Origin: Bacillus phage Nemo
DNA length: 24,000 bases
Sequence record: NC_031070.1
Direction: 5' to 3' (one strand)
Below are positions 23,258 to 24,000 of the stretch, in pieces. A program made the position numbers and the translations under genes. The notes beneath the pieces were generated by a model that did not search any database, was not told the DNA's origin, and worked only from the letters and a program-made list of their open reading frames with translations. Each line of letters starts with the position of its first letter. The stretch's first letter is position 1.

Positions 23258-23626
23258 ATGACAAAAGTAAATGAATTTCATATCGTATGTGATGTAATGG
23301 AAAGTGATAATTTAACAGTGGCAATGAATGACAAAGGCATGACAAGCGTGTTCATGCATGTAATCTTTAATGAGGAACCACTTACAAAGCATCAATTATT
23401 ATCACGTGTTGAAACGTTGCGCCTTATCAAAACATTATCTATCTGTATGTATGAGGATGTACATGAAGAAATTAACAAAGGTTATGACATTAAGGATACA
23501 GTTGCAATTGTATCAGACGCAGCTAGAAAGCGCGCATACATCTATATAGGCGTTGACGCTATCGCCTTGAATCGTACAACGTGCAGGAAGCTTAGAGATG
23601 AGTTAGAAAGGGGGTTAAACGCATGA
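23258..23626 (+). CDS. Hypothetical protein, 122 aa
   Basis: AAAGGATGGTAG leader-like SD upstream. Confidence 0.85.
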   Translation: MTKVNEFHIVCDVMESDNLTVAMNDKGMTSVFMHVIFNEEPLTKHQLLSRVETLRLIKTLSICMYEDVHEEINKGYDIKDTVAIVSDAARKRAYIYIGVDAIALNRTTCRKLRDELERGLNA

Positions 23627-23985
23627 GAACGAACGAAGTTATTACCCTAACTTATAACTGCACAGAGTACACGCCGGATTATGTACAGTTCAAACGTTCT
23701 GATAACATGGGAAGCGATATGCAAATATCAATTGTATCTAACCGAAACCATGGAACAAAGGAAAGAAGATATGATTTCTTGTTAGATGCAAAAGAGATTG
23801 ACAAACTTTATAATTATTTGGAGATGGGCGACTATACACAATCGTTTCGAATTGACAGTTTTGAAGTTGTTATTGACCTATTAAACAATACACTAACATT
23901 CACAGGTTATGGAACGGATATTGTAATTGATAGAACAAATACAACGCACATTACTGACTTAATGGACTGGAGTGCAAACGAATGA
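23623..23985 (+). CDS. Hypothetical protein, 120 aa
   Basis: ATGA overlap; AAAGGGGG upstream; another gene may start at about 23982 and run off the window. Confidence 0.85.
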   Translation: MRTNEVITLTYNCTEYTPDYVQFKRSDNMGSDMQISIVSNRNHGTKERRYDFLLDAKEIDKLYNYLEMGDYTQSFRIDSFEVVIDLLNNTLTFTGYGTDIVIDRTNTTHITDLMDWSANE

Positions 23986-24000
23986 GAATGAACTCCTGTA

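Overview
This 24 kb window looks like part of a lytic Firmicutes bacteriophage genome. Essentially all believable genes are on the + strand, closely packed, and mostly small and unrecognised. Two gene products resemble known families: a sigma-70-family factor (145..1023) and a metallo-beta-lactamase-fold hydrolase (2336..3076). The layout resembles the small-gene, many-promoter host-takeover regions described for SPO1-like phages, but that is inference from architecture and not a taxonomic assignment. The strongest signal is regulatory. I can align at least 15 near-identical promoter/leader modules (TTGnnn-N17/18-TRNTAnnAT, then a conserved GTTAAG at the expected 5' end of the transcript, then AAGGTGGTAG before the ATG). 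Twelve of them lie from 12.06 kb onward. In several, the -35 hexamer sits inside the loop or arm of a G/C-rich inverted repeat whose arms differ in sequence but keep pairing, which looks like fused terminator-promoter junctions. A second signal is a 17-nt repeat (CTAGTAGCTCACCAGAA-like, seven copies, same orientation) clustered at gene ends between 1.2 and 11.9 kb. In three cases it supplies the stop codon. Other candidates are a structured intergenic element at 14742..14807, diverged paralogues among the small proteins, a predicted phage lipoprotein, and several sub-60-aa ORFs missing from the supplied track. No complete, recognisable defence or mobile system was found.
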